Below, one piece after another: positions 26,701 to 37,800 of a stretch of 64,000 bases of DNA (its first letter is position 1; the number at the start of each line of letters is the position of its first letter). The DNA is taken from contig JAQGDQ010000006.1 in the NCBI GenBank assembly GCA_030141605.1, forward strand, positions 124,001-188,000. Direction: 5' to 3'. Below the pieces are notes generated by a model that worked only from the letters and a program-made list of their open reading frames with translations, was not told the origin of the DNA and did not search any database. A program made the position numbers and the translations under genes. The stretch is from Tubiluchus corallicola. Its lineage: Eukaryota > Animalia > Priapulida.

Positions 26701-27408
26701 CATTAAACTTTCCCACAATTCCTGCGGGTCGCATACAGTTTGGTCAAGGAGCCAAGAATAGTAGGACCTAATAACGATTTTTTGCATCTGATCTGCACAC
26801 ATCATTACTACTGCAAGCAAGGAAAACTATTCTACAAAGTATTAAAATTTATATTAAAAACCATAGATTTCATCTTTCATGTCGGATAGTGGTAATTTTA
26901 TTACAATGCATATTAGTACAGTGTATCACACAGTCTGTGTAGTACAGTGCATATTAATCTGTCTTGAAACACCCGATGTTCTTCTTCAATCTTCTTTTTT
27001 AACTTATTCATGATTCTGATCTATAAGAACACTACACCTGATGAAACAGCCACTGGCCGAGGCATGTACTACTGAGAATAAGCAGAAACTAAAATATGGG
27101 AATTTGCATCAAAAATATGATTACAATTATAGAGTAACTTCTACAATTCTATATTATTTTCAGTTGGTAGAAAGTTGAATTGACTGATTAGGCAGAGAGT
27201 GATTGAGCACACCTACAAACTACCTGATCAATAATTCAGAAATTCATTGAACAGGTAAATTATTTACCAAGGACTGGTAAGCTGACTCTGGAGGATAGAT
27301 GATGAAGTGGCGCAGTGTGAACCCAAATCCACCAGCAGTCCTTCTGACGTTTACATTTCGCGGCCGTGGCCACTTGCTAGCCATCATCGTTTCCTCATCT
27401 TCACCAGC
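74..27408 (-). CDS. ARHGAP21: Multi-exon ARHGAP21/ARHGAP23-like Rho GTPase-activating protein (PDZ-PH-RhoGAP); 3' end runs off the window, first coding exon(s) upstream
   Basis: 20 core exons joined through GT-AG introns with consistent phases. PDZ ([31 protein letters not shown]...[18 protein letters not shown]...GDRILSVN), PH ([14 protein letters not shown]...[14 protein letters not shown]), RhoGAP (GVYRIPGN...[12 protein letters not shown]...[16 protein letters not shown]) and a post-[16 protein letters not shown] motif all match the ARHGAP21/23 family from memory. It is probably co-orthologous to both vertebrate paralogues. Confidence 0.93.
712..734 (-). terminator. Candidate intronic polyadenylation signal (AATAAA at 729-734 with a downstream GU-rich element)
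   Basis: The minus strand reads AATAAA, followed after a short spacer by TCTTTGTTTCTGTGATGTCCTGTTTGGT. It would serve the candidate terminal exon at 2715. The cleavage position is a guess. Confidence 0.35.
2678..2715 (-). CDS. ARHGAP21: Candidate alternative terminal exon coding (G)[11 protein letters not shown]
   Basis: Very strong pyrimidine tract and acceptor (cttcatttattttgtctattttttaattttctttctag|G). Read in phase 1 after exon 3210-3381, it stops at TGA (2678-2680). Confidence 0.45.
3210..3381 (-). CDS. ARHGAP21: ARHGAP21-like exon, end of the RhoGAP domain ([12 protein letters not shown]...[10 protein letters not shown])
   Basis: Acceptor tgtag, donor AG|GTGAGC; 172 nt, phase 0 to 1. 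Confidence 0.9.
3622..3747 (-). CDS. ARHGAP21: ARHGAP21-like exon, RhoGAP ([16 protein letters not shown]...[14 protein letters not shown])
   Basis: Canonical RhoGAP block; 126 nt, phase 0-0; ccag acceptor and GTATGT donor. Confidence 0.95.
3849..3938 (-). CDS. ARHGAP21: ARHGAP21-like exon, RhoGAP ([30 protein letters not shown])
   Basis: 90 nt, phase 0-0; tttgcag acceptor and GTAAGC donor. Confidence 0.95.
4854..4959 (-). CDS. ARHGAP21: ARHGAP21-like exon, RhoGAP ([16 protein letters not shown]...RLVQLKKL)
   Basis: 106 nt, phase 2 to 0; cctag acceptor and GTAAGT donor. Confidence 0.95.
5031..5969. mobile_element. Non-autonomous Helentron/DINE-1-like (HINE-like) element
   Basis: Begins AACTAG and ends CTAAAAAT. 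Imperfect ~30-bp subterminal inverted repeats (taggtaccctgactttcatgtctg at 5054 vs cagacttagaaagtcaggggtccta at 5940), with internal short tandem repeats and GATG/TA microsatellites. The class assignment is inferred from structure only. Confidence 0.55.
5752..5870. repeat. (TA)n microsatellite plus a perfect 19-bp inverted repeat around a second TA tract
   Basis: TA run at about 5752-5785. tttaaaatccgtcattcat (5810-5828) is the reverse complement of atgaatgacggattttaaa (5852-5870). Confidence 0.9.
6060..6265 (-). CDS. ARHGAP21: ARHGAP21-like exon, RhoGAP catalytic block with arginine finger (GVYRIPGN)
   Basis: [33 protein letters not shown]...SLLKSFFR; 206 nt, phase 0 to 2. Confidence 0.96.
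6452..6621 (-). CDS. ARHGAP21: ARHGAP21-like exon, linker and RhoGAP start ([17 protein letters not shown])
   Basis: 170 nt, phase 1 to 0; ttttcag acceptor and GTAATA donor. Confidence 0.92.
6781..7283. mobile_element. Internally deleted pogo/Tigger-family MITE related to the element at 14060-15267
   Basis: TA|CAGTA...TACTG|TA ends. Internal blocks (gatgggtgta.tatta; aacaaaacggtacttaa; aaagatg.cataaaa; gagtcta.taa) match the left and right arms of the 14060 element. Confidence 0.7.
7593..7773 (-). CDS. ARHGAP21: ARHGAP21-like exon, post-PH helix and linker ([13 protein letters not shown]...SSTER)
   Basis: 181 nt open in the expected frame, phase 0 to 1; ttgtag acceptor and GTGAGT donor. Confidence 0.9.
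8034..8321 (-). CDS. ARHGAP21: ARHGAP21-like exon, PH domain
   Basis: [25 protein letters not shown]...[11 protein letters not shown]...EYLFQA...WINAIQ; 288 nt, phase 0-0. Confidence 0.96.
9044..9303 (-). CDS. ARHGAP21: ARHGAP21-like exon, pre-PH motifs and PH start (RRSSYIMAT...[10 protein letters not shown]...IKEGYLHLK...DGK)
   Basis: 260 nt, phase 1 to 0; tttcag acceptor and AG|GTACTT donor. Confidence 0.93.
9941..10039 (-). CDS. ARHGAP21: ARHGAP21-like exon (SASADSTSS...[12 protein letters not shown])
   Basis: 99 nt, phase 1-1; strong poly-T acceptor and AG|GTTTGT donor. Confidence 0.85.
10395..10631 (-). CDS. ARHGAP21: Probable cassette exon (79 codons: acidic stretch plus [22 protein letters not shown])
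   Basis: 237 nt, symmetric phase 1-1 and open. ttcacag acceptor with an ACTAAC branch-like motif at 10667-10672; AG|GTTTGC donor. Confidence 0.65.
11656..11916 (-). CDS. ARHGAP21: ARHGAP21-like exon with two in-frame donors (long form ends 11656, short form ends 11803)
   Basis: cttcag acceptor, phase 1. Donors G|GTAAGC (11802) and A|GTAAGT (11655) are both phase 1 and 147 nt apart, with an open frame between them. Confidence 0.85.
12522..12648 (-). CDS. ARHGAP21: ARHGAP21-like exon ([12 protein letters not shown]...[14 protein letters not shown])
   Basis: 127 nt, phase 0 to 1, bridging its neighbours exactly; tttag acceptor and GTACGT donor. Confidence 0.82.
14060..15267 (-). mobile_element. 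pogo/Tigger-family DNA transposon deletion derivative
   Basis: TA target duplication. TIRs caatagacgccgcttaatagactc and gagtctattaagcggcgcctactg. Contains a transposase N-terminal remnant. Confidence 0.85.
14533..14729 (-). pseudogene. Degenerate CENP-B/psq-type HTH N-terminus of a Tigger/pogo transposase
   Basis: Hand translation: [51 protein letters not shown]...SKR*. This has the KRKxLT..K..I and A....IS..T.S..LK pattern of the family, with in-frame stops. Confidence 0.75.
15616..17273 (-). CDS. ARHGAP21: ARHGAP21-like giant central exon (1658 nt, Ser/Pro-rich, predicted disordered)
   Basis: Lies within the 586-aa ORF; ttatag acceptor in phase 1 and GAG|GTATGT donor in phase 0. Confidence 0.92.
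17856..18300. mobile_element. Kolobok-like MITE (TTAA target), copy 1
   Basis: TIRs aggaagaccggatgattgt and acaatcatccggttttcct, flanked by CTAA (mutated) and TTAA. Homologous to 61358-61890. Confidence 0.8.
18691..18932 (-). CDS. ARHGAP21: ARHGAP21-like exon ([10 protein letters not shown]...IRQSSFFY...[10 protein letters not shown])
   Basis: 242 nt, phase 2 to 1, fits both neighbours; ttctag acceptor and GTAAAT donor. Confidence 0.88.
19320..19823 (+). mobile_element. Possible degenerate solo LTR
   Basis: Short inverted ends agtagtgcc...ggacactata resemble decayed TGTAGTGTCC...GGACACTACA; about 500 bp with an internal AATAAA near 19691. No TSD is recognisable. Confidence 0.35.
20486..20688 (-). 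CDS. ARHGAP21: ARHGAP21-like exon, post-PDZ ([28 protein letters not shown]...)
   Basis: 203 nt, phase 0 to 2; resembles the family AY...AY...IPxPP motif; GTGAGT donor. Confidence 0.92.
21755..22027. mobile_element. Tc1/mariner-pogo-type MITE, 273 bp
   Basis: TA|caggtagttgtcgacttacgacca ... tggtcaaaagtcgatgactacctg|TA; 24-bp imperfect TIRs. Confidence 0.85.
23803..23857 (-). CDS. ARHGAP21: ARHGAP21-like exon, PDZ end ([18 protein letters not shown])
   Basis: 55 nt, phase 2 to 0; tttacag acceptor and GTAAGT donor; family motif L.V.PKD.DILQ. Confidence 0.93.
24721..24913 (-). CDS. ARHGAP21: ARHGAP21-like exon, PDZ core ([51 protein letters not shown])
   Basis: 193 nt, phase 1 to 2; ttctag acceptor and GTGAGT donor. 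Absent from the ORF track on this strand; translated by hand. Confidence 0.96.
25265..25307 (-). CDS. ARHGAP21: ARHGAP21-like 43-nt micro-exon in the PDZ loop ([14 protein letters not shown])
   Basis: Required to bridge phase 0 to phase 1; tttacag acceptor and GTAAGT donor. Confidence 0.88.
26136..26277. repeat. Perfect 70-bp tandem duplication
   Basis: agtgcagtaaaagaggaagtgcagagttcttgcactgg...gcacttcacc occurs at 26136 and 26206. Confidence 0.95.
27268..27408 (-). CDS. ARHGAP21: ARHGAP21-like exon, PDZ start ([47 protein letters not shown])
   Basis: 141 nt, phase 0-0; ttttcag acceptor and GTAAAT donor. Contains in-frame ATG ATG that could start translation after non-coding first exons. Confidence 0.95.
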
Positions 27409-30400
27409 CTGAAAAGGTTTAACCATTTAGCCAGAGATATTGCAAAACAAAATGGACAAATTGTAAATTAAGACGACTAGATGTCTACAAATGAATAAAC
27501 TTGTAAACCTAAAATATATTTATAATTTAAAGAATGCTAAGTACTATGCATTTCGGTGGTGTTCACTTGAAAAAAAGTCCATTACCTCTAGTAATAATGA
27601 TCTAAACGTGTTACAGTGTTACAACAAACAAATGTTAGGGGCTTTGTACATCATCTGAGCTGAAATGTGGCAAGCATTATTCATGGCGTTTACTGCATTG
27701 CAATTACATCTACAATTGAAATTTCTCATAACCCAGAATTTTACCTCTTTTAAGACATATTAAAATGACACATTACCTCTGTTAAAACATGTAATTAACT
27801 TGCCCTTAGTTTGTTGTTCGAACATATTTTAAAATGATTATTATTACATTATCCTCGAAATTTATATATGCAACCGTACCGCTAAATGTTACACACATAA
27901 TGTAGTTTAAGGTATAGTACTTGTTGATTTGAAGTGATTTCAGTGACACACATACGGCCAGTGGTAAAATTTGTATTATTACATAGTAAACCAGTCGGCA
28001 TTCCTTCAACATAACCACAACCCCTCACAAAGCATAGTTTTAAAAAAGTAGGTTTAGGTTTATAATTAACAATTCATTTGTAAATGTTGTTAATGGCACA
28101 CGAAAAATGGAAGCACTTTCATTCAATAGCCAGCATTACAATGCTGGCATTACAAAGTTGTTCATTACTATGATTGTAATTTTTTTGATCGCAAACGGTT
28201 TGTGTCGGTCGGGATGTACATTGTTTAGTTACAATAGAAATGGAGCAAAATGTTGATTCTTATCAACAACGATAGTCTACATAATACGTACAATTTTGCC
28301 CAATTTCAGATAATATTAAAGGTACACACAAATGCAAGAGTTGAAACTGTCAACTTGTATTAAAATGACATTAATCATAAGGAAAAACAGTTGCTATTTG
28401 CAGACCTCTCACCGCTATAACCATTCTGACCAGCCTCTAATTTTTATTGTTTGTATAATAACTGCTTTTATAAGGAAACATAGTTCACTTATTTTTGAGT
28501 TCCCTAAGAGGAAATGCCACTAAAGTTGGATCAGCCATGACAGGGTAAATTACAACGATTTTTGTTTCCTGTCTGTAATAATGCAGTTAATGGCCCCCTA
28601 AAATTATACACTAATACGTCTAAATATAAACCGTTCCAGCCATACATGGATAACATAAAAGCACAGTAGTCTACACAGTTACCTGAGAACCGTGCAACTT
28701 ATTAAACAAACTTTCAATAAGTTACAAAAAATTTAATAAATCAATACAAGGTGTGAAAGCGGGCAAATGATGCGTATGCGCAACTATAACTTTTTTTATT
28801 TGTTGCAAGTACATGTACTGGTTTCTTTAAGTAACAATCTAGTGCCTCAACTTTGAAACCTAACTGCAAAAGGTTTTTCTTTTATGCTACATATTAGAAG
28901 AAATATCAACAAGATGCGTTTAGCACTAAAAATATAAATAGATTTTGCGGTTAAAATAAGGCCGTTCAGTCAAATACTAAGTGATTATAAGAAGTGTGTC
29001 GCATTCTGTTTACGAAATCTTCGGTGTTTTGACATGAATCTGTAAGAGATAACATCGACCTTGTAACCAGGAAAGCGAACATGCAACAGCTCCCATCACT
29101 CAAATACCACGTCAATGTTCACAGTTCGTGCTGGTCTGAGTTAGGCAAGTCCCATGATGAACGACTGAACGCACTTCCCCTGCATGAGAAGCTCTCGACA
29201 TTAAAAGCAGATCAAAGAACTAAATAAGAAGAAAATGGCCCATTAGATGAGCTAGCCAACCAATTTCAAACAACAGCAGTTTTCCAAAAATGCGTGACGA
29301 CAATTGAAAAATGTTGAAAAGTATGATGATACATGCCCTGCAAGTGCATCAGATATGCAGCACTCCAAGTAAGATAGGAACATTTGGATTACGTTACTAT
29401 CGCTCTCGTACGACATTCAGTCAATTATACATTTCAACATTTGCTATAGCCCTAAGAAAAATAGATAAAGTCAGCCTTGTCAACTCAACCTATGAAACTA
29501 TGGAACTCCGTAAAATATTAATAAAAATGAAGAAATTATTACTCGGTGCTTTGGGCAGTTTATTACCGCTCTTATGCCGTTATGCGTACTAAGATTACAA
29601 AAACGAATTCAATTTGTACATGTAATATTAAGCATGGAGATGAACGGAGAATTTCAAAAAAGTGCTAAACAAACATGTACAGCTTTGTTAAAATGTTTGA
29701 TTTAAATTTAGCTGCACAAAAAATTATATCTGCATGAGGCTTTCTGTAGAAACTTTCCAGTACGACATACTCTCTTGAATATTTACAAATTTTGCTGGGC
29801 CTTTTGCTTCGTATTACAGTACTACACATGACTGTGTGATTCATCTGTGCGATAAATGTAATTTACGTTCACCGCCGTCCACATTTTACGGAAGGTACAG
29901 TATTCATAATCAATTTGGGCATATACCAAGGCTTTGTAAATCCATACAAAGAATAGGATAGGCTGTAAGTGCACGTATATTTAAAACCCGCATTTGAGTA
30001 AATAGACTTTTTGCATAAACCTGTAGCATTATTTTGTTACAGTACACGGCACACTAATACAGTCTGTGAAAACAGAACTTTACCCCGCTTGTCCAATTTT
30101 TCAACAGGATCTTGTGGGCAAACTGTACACAAAGAGCAAAAACTTGAGGAATTTGCTGGAAGGATTAGTGGAAACCATCAGAAGTCTCGCGCAGCAGTTA
30201 ACTCGCCTGCGTCGTACGATAAGTAAGAAAGAAGAAATTAAAGGTGCCTCCATAACAGCAGATTAGTACAGATTAGCAGGTTTTTGCTAAGCGTGTGTTT
30301 GTCAATATTGTTAGTGAAAATAATAAAGTTTAAGCTCTGAATCATGAGCCGTGTTTTCAACACACAGAGCCAATATTACTTGCCAAAGGTTAACGATCCC

Positions 30401-33400
30401 AAAATAGCAAGAAGGAAACAAACACCATTTTTCTATTTTCAGATAAACGGACACGGTATAGCGGTCAGATAAAATTTTGTTAATACTCAAAAGAGTAATT
30501 GTTTTTACGGATGTGCGTGCGTGCGTGTGTGTGAATGTGTACTTAGAAATTAAGAAAACAATGAAAACAAATGATAAAAACATTTTAGTGCAATTAGAAA
30601 AATCAAACTGGCTTTAGGATTAAATCTATACTATACAAGCCAAAAGATGCAAGTAATTAATTTTATGTTACAATCATATTTTTGATACAGATTGTCTCTC
30701 ATGTACGTCAGTGATCACGGTATTACGATTCTGCGTCCAAAAATTCACAAATCGGTTGCGACTTTTTCAATAAACCATCGAAGCCACTACGACACATCTA
30801 AGCAACCTATTTAATATCTATGATCACATTGTAAACTTTCGTTGGCGTCAATTAGCTCTATCGACTAGCCTTCCAACATCAATTCTACTCTTTTAACCAA
30901 CCTAAGAATTTTATTACAAAAAGTAGGTTAAAGGAAGTGTCCTGTCACAAACGCGTAACAATTTGCTCCCAAACGGAAATCAGCGGTATTGCTGTTTATC
31001 AAGAAAATTCTGATATATCTTCCTCGGAAACTCCCTCTGTTCTGCCTGACATTTGCAAACTAAGCAAAGAAGTAGTTATTGTTTTTAAGAATCAATTTAA
31101 TCCATACTAATATCATTCAAGACCCACACAGCATACACTTACTCTTTTACAAGCATAATGTACAAAACACCCCATTTACAACCATCTTGTCAAGAACGTT
31201 TCTCTTGATATTTATCTCAAGTTTGTCGTAATGAGAGAAGTAATAACCTCACCAACATTCGAGTTTTAATACATAAAGTCACGAACAGCAGTAATAACAC
31301 AAATATAGCGTGCGGAAAGTGTTGCTAAGATTTTCTGCTTTATTTGAAATACGTATTCTATAATAACGCATCATTCTGTATGGAACCACGGCGGTCTCTA
31401 CTTGTTTGTTTTTTGAAAATTACCGTATATAAGTTCAATGATCCAATAACTAAACCAGTTATGTAATAGTTGAAATTAGCAAAATTATTACAGAATTACC
31501 GGCGAAATTAGACATTGCTTTCCAGTCTTCCTGACTTTATTACTGACGTACAATACGAATTTCTACATAGAATGACAGAGCACACAGTTGCAATCAGAAT
31601 ACTTAACGTTGTAAATAAATGAAGCACAACTGAAAAAAACTTTCTCAAAAATTTCGTTAAAGCCACAAAATGCGTAAAACAAAAACCGTAACTTGTATAA
31701 ACCAAACTCTAATTATAGGCAAGGTTAACTGATTAAAAGTTAATGAAACATGTTATCGTGTTAAGCATTTTTCCAGTTCTGTTAATCCCTCATTACAAAT
31801 GTATGAGAATCTTAGCTTATTTTTATCCGCGAGCACCGCGAGCTACATGTTAATACACATTCAGCACTAACTCCAGCGCTCAGTACAGGGGGCTCATTTA
31901 ATGCAAATGTTTGTGGCGAGACAAGAACCTCGCCTGATCCTCTAAGATTCATTGAGATTGAAAATTATATCTTCCAACAATGCGGAAAACAGCCAGAGTG
32001 CGTATTGAACACGGCGGTCACAGGTGTTTACTGACCAAACTCAGCAATACTTAACTTTGGTTGAGGATCACACACTCAGACCACTTAGCTATTCTCTTCC
32101 AAAAAATACTGACTCCTGATGCACAAACAATTCTATGGGGCTTTTTTGATAGTTTGTCGTTATTTATAAATTTTTATTACTAGTTGTGGTGTATTTGAAT
32201 TCCATTTTGAAGCCTGTAAACTAAAGCGTCTTCATTAAGTTCAAAGCTTCTTCTTCAAGTTCAAAGTTCTAATTTATTTCTTCTCATAATAACCTCCGAT
32301 AGGGGGCGGGATGTCGAAATACAGTATTAACATTAAACGTTTGCTTATGTTATACAACTTCGTTTTCCGTATTTTTTTCAGTGACTTTAACTAAAACCTT
32401 GTCCACTCATGCTGATGAACACAGGACAGACACTCTTAGGTAGATATTTTAAGATTTTTGCTAACACGACAAAAGTGTAAAATTGCTTTAAAAAGAATTA
32501 CACTGATAGAAGGGCTAACAGCAGTGGCAAAAAACTTTAATACAGCGTTTGTGAAACAATGAATTCTTCAGCTTCGTAAAACTCTCAAGGTGCTAAGTGA
32601 CATCGCTGTACATGTAGTCATACTAGTGATTCCGGTAAAAGTGAGCTAAGGTGAATTAATGTATTGCAGAATTACTGACTTTGACTAAAAAAAAATAAAT
32701 AAATCGAATATAAAATTGTCATCTAAGATTCTAAATCACTGTCCATAAAAACAAAAATTTAAAAATATCTATAGAAAATATCTTCATTTTATAAACGAAA
32801 ATGATAAATCATGCCTAAACAGGACAAAGTTATCGTAAATGAGGCTTGCTCATTTTAAGCAAATTATGAATGAAAAGTAAACAATCGCGTCAGGTTTGAT
32901 GGTAGGTGTATTATTAACGTCATCAACCATTTCAACATAACTGCGTCCTTGATCTCTGACTTTTATTTCCCCTATTCAAAAGTGCTCGATAAAGGACTAG
33001 GAGGGAGAAAGATAATTAATTCACCAGGTTTAGTGGTGAACCCAAAGACGAGCGCTCATGCAAGTCATGATCTTTGACATTTCATCCCTTACTTTCACGC
33101 AAGATAGAAACAATTTTACTGACAATGGAAAATCAACAACACAATTTTTTAACTTTTTTACAAGTGAGAGTGACCTCTGACTTTGCAACTTCATAGAAAA
33201 CTTTAACTCAGATATAACCTCACCAGATATTTACGTATACCATTTTGCATATAATACTGCGGCACCATGTAACTGGACAGAAAAACAAAGTTTGCAGTGC
33301 AAAAATTGCAACTTTGCTATACTGTATGTTCATTTAAACTGCAGTTTAGAGCTACAATGCCAATAATTGAGTAGAGCTCCTCTGATCGAAGACTGCTCTG

Positions 33401-34170
33401 ATTATGGCTTAATGAGATTGAAAGCCAACGAAAAGTCTAAACTAAATCTAGAACCCAATGGCAATCACACAAGGACGCTTTTCTCTAACCTTTTTGCAAA
33501 GCTTACAAGCAGTTTTAGGCGTCTTATGTCACTACATGTAAAACACTTTTTTTCAAGGGTTTAACATTAGCACGACTGACCTGGTTAGCACGTATGAGCA
33601 GTTCAACAAAATCCTTTTTCAACAAATCGTTAAGCTCTCTTATGCGTCAACTGACCTACCTATCCCTATATTTAAGCTTGGTTACTCAGCTTTAAGAAGT
33701 GCAGCAAACAAACTTCGCTATTATTTTATTACAACGGCATATAATTTAACAACATGCCGGAATTAAAAGAAAGATATTGATCTGCCCGTGTCAGTTAAGA
33801 GAAGCTAACGTGCCCGATAATTCGACCTGCAAAATAAATTTATTTGTAAAAGACATTAAATGCACGCGACAAGAAACAAAGATTGGGGAAAAATGCCAAA
33901 ATTATGCTGAAAGGCTAGACGTTAACTAAAATATGATAATATTTCTTCAGACATTTATGGAAGCTTTCTTCCCTCCTTACCATGAACCTTGACTCTTCAC
34001 AGAAATCTAGACTTGCCCAAAGCAACGCTAAACGCATTTATTATTTTAAACTGTGATGTGACATAAATAATTAGACAGCTCACATTCCTAAACAAGAATT
34101 CTATTACAAGCAGGCCAACATGTACTGCCAAACCACTTCACGGAATTGGTAAGTCAGATGATTCAAGTAA

Positions 34171-34283
34171 TAGTCACTGAACATAACAAAGTAATTATCA
34201 TTCTTATATCTTATGTGTCAGATTGAATATTTAGTCACTGAACATAACAAAGTAATTATCATTCTTATATCTTGTGTCAGATT
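34171..34283. repeat. Near-perfect ~61-bp tandem duplication
   Basis: tagtcactgaacataacaaagtaattatcattcttatatctt...gtgtcagatt occurs twice. Confidence 0.9.
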
Positions 34284-34746
34284 CAATTAGAGATAGTAAT
34301 ATCGTTTATGATAAAAAAGAGGGTTAACGGCTTCAAGTAGTAAAATATCAACTAGACTGTTACGACACAAACTTAAGAGATTACCATTACATCCTAACAG
34401 TCACAAGGTAATACAGATGACAGTTACGTGAAAATATGCAACACCGTGAAAACAAAACTCACTGATATGTCTATAGGAAATAAAACATACAGCATAGAAT
34501 GGTATACTGTGTAAGATATACAGAATACCGGAATGTGCCCGTGTTAGGTTTCCCACTAACAACGCAACTTTTATGAACTACTATTATCATGTATGCTAAT
34601 GATAATGCCTTGAATTGTATTTTGTGTATTAACTGACTTCTCGTTGGCACTACATAAAATTACGGGTAGTCCTGCATTTCATTTTGCTACTTGTCTGTTG
34701 TTACTGTCTGACGATAATTTGACAAATAAGTATGTCAGCAACTTAC

Positions 34747-34818
34747 CAAGCTTAGCCTGTAGCTAGTTTTGAAAAATTCTGGATCGGGTTCTTCGCTGAG
34801 AATAAGCAGATTTGGCAT
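34747..34818 (-). CDS. ARHGAP21: Candidate alternative first coding exon (MPNLLILSEEPDPEFFKTSYRLSL)
   Basis: ATG with A at -3, 24 open codons and a TTG|GTAAGT donor in phase 0 matching the 27408 acceptor. Confidence 0.55.
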
Positions 34819-37800
34819 TCTACCTTCAAGCACAACGCTTTGCAAATTTCTCATTCCTTAAGAACGAAATAAATCACTACCACACCTCACAAAACATAAC
34901 TGGTAAATTTATCCTTTTCGAAAACGGTTTTCTAGTTGATTAAAAGGCAGTGTAACATACATAAAGTCGACACTCAAACACCTGCACTATTACAGCCATG
35001 CCGGACTTTTCTGCGATAATTCCCCAAGTCTTTCCTAACACAACCGCGCATACAAACTACTTAAAAATTCACACACGTTTTAGACTACAATATCGCGGTA
35101 AATTAGATGCGTATTTCGTTTAAATACACCAATAAATCACACAACTCAAGAGGAACTGTATCACCTAGTTACAACCACAGTATAACTGGCGGAGAATCAG
35201 CATTTCCTCTTGCACACAAAACAGGCAACTACTCTGAATGCAACCAAGCAAAACTCCTATATTAGTAGAATAACCCGAATCATTGCGCTACGGGTAAAAC
35301 AAGCTGCTGCTTATTATTACAAAGGTGATGACTAGTCGAAATAAAGCAACTATTGTCCACGTGACATGACTCGAATGATCGTGTTGACAAGTTTGGCAAA
35401 ATCAATCACATACTGTAGGACCGGCGCTCATAATAAAATGAAATCAGTGTATAATAGGAATAAAACGGAACGCAAGACTACTGCCCTCGCATGTCTGTAA
35501 TACTGGTGCATAGTTTAACCTGTTTGTCATTAATTACCAATAATCATAAATAATTAACAAGTAATAATAAAATGTATAAGCCTGGTCAATGTCTAAAATA
35601 AAAAAAGAAGATATTCTAGATATGGGTACTAATAAAATGCCAGTTGTTAAAAATTAAGTGTAACAATGTGAACGCTCTCAATATCTATTTATGGAAGTTT
35701 AACGACATTAATAAATTGTGACTTCATTAATAGTAGTTGCTTAATTATTGTTTTAAATGAGCAAATAAAAGCTTTCCGCTACACAGAAGAACAGCTTTCC
35801 AATTTACATTAGTTTTTTTACCTAATATATTATTCAGCTAATAGCTGATTCACAAATGACCGCTCTGTCAACCAAGGTAGAGCTATATAACTAATATAAA
35901 ACCCACGTGAACTTGCAATTTTATTGCATTTGGTACAGAAAATGTGTTATTAAGAAATCGATTATCTTTACAACTGCAAATTTCACATGAAATCGTAAAG
36001 TTTCAACAACTTATGTATCACGAAGTGGGTGCCCCTTGTAATATAATGTTCAAAACTACTCAAGAAGAGGACTGTGAAACATGTAGACACACTTTTAACT
36101 TTAATGCTAAGAATTTTACAGAAGAAATGCAAAGAAGATTATACCTTTTCTTGGCACTCTTTCTATATGCAAGACGTTTAGAAACAAATAGCCAAATGTT
36201 CAAGTTTTGCTTTTGAGTTTTTGGAAAACTACTTGACGGACATTGCTCAAAATTACTAGGCCGTAATGCCTGTAAAACAATTGAAATCCAGCACATGTAG
36301 AAATAACCTTGTGCCTTTAAAAATTTTGGCTGCTGTTTGCTTGAAACATTGGACATGAAAACATGCAGCGCACATTTTTTCTTTTTATTTTGAAATTTTC
36401 ACTCAATGCCGAATCAATGCGATCGCGTTATTCCTCTAATTGCACATTCTCACCGTTGTGATTTCGTGGCTGTACCTTTTAACTAACTCAAATTATACGT
36501 TGTGATTATGATAGTTTGCGGGTGAACATGTAGATAATTCCAAAGATAAACTGATCCATCATTATATAATTTAAGCTAGCTGTCCAATCAGAATTCTGTA
36601 ATCTCCAGAAAAGGTAACTTCGCACAGGGCTACTTTGAGAAAAGATTATTGGACCAAAGTTTACCTGCAGCAGCTTATTAGAGAAGATTGACCTTCAAAG
36701 TGGTTGTAAGTCCGTATAATTACAAATGAGTCAATTGCGCGCCATGAATCATAATAAGCTGCAGACGCTAATGTCAAATGAGAAAATGTGTAAATTTGAA
36801 TTTCTAAAATAATTAGCGTATGTTTGAAATTGTGTGCAATTTTAATCAACTTCAAAATGTCAAAATTACTATAGTTCCCATAATTCTAAAAAAATCTTTC
36901 GAGTGTTTAAATATATAATGTGCCTGTCAAACCGAGACTTCGATTAGCATTTGCATTAGCAACTAGTAATGTGCATCATAAAACAATACTACAGATAATA
37001 AAAAAATACAAAATGTGACATAGGGCCTTGCACCTTAGGTCAATGTTTTCGGCGTCCGAGATTAGTCAAAATGTATTTATATATGAATTTATCCACAGAC
37101 AACAAAAACTCCATTGCTTTTCGTTTGAATTTAAAAATGTCAAGCTGCTAAATGCTAACGTGACTACAGCGAGCTGATAACCAATTATTTCAAATGCATG
37201 TGTGGAATTAAACATTTATAACAATTAACTAAATTACTTGAAAATTTAAAAATATAAATTCTTATTTAGTCTAATGATCTAAACTCAACGCGTCCAGCCA
37301 TTTTAACTTTAAGGTTAAATGAAGACAATCCAACCAACCCAGAAGAAATGACGCTAATCTTGGTTAAGTAAATCAACAAACCAAAAAGACAAACACAATC
37401 AACAGCCGCTGTCTTCACTTGTTTCACTTGTTAACACTTGACCTACATAAAACGATCAGTAGCAAAAGCGCAGTAAAGAAACATGCTTACAATTGTTAAT
37501 GCGTGTCTTTAGGTCACTAACTACAAGACTGCTGATAGATATTGTGGTCAAGAATGTAAAGTTCTGATATATACATATATACTGGGCAAAACAGAATGCA
37601 CTAACTAGCAAAAGAGAAAAAAAACAACAAAGCGCCAGAAATAAACATATTACTGATTATTAGCCACACTAGTAAGTAGCGACTGCATAGACATGTAGTA
37701 CTAATGTAGTAATTGAATTCCATTCAACACAGTCCATTCACATCCATTCCATTAACAGTATCGTTGTTGATTCTAAATGACCTCAATTTAAATTGTAGAG

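Noticed and set aside
26668-26735. hAT/Charlie-like 5' end (caggggcgtgcaaa...gcgggtcgca)
   Set aside because: No matching 3' TIR or TSD was found.
30011-30266. Plus-strand ORFs with coiled-coil-like sequence
   Set aside because: Non-ATG starts, short, no family resemblance and no convincing splice context.
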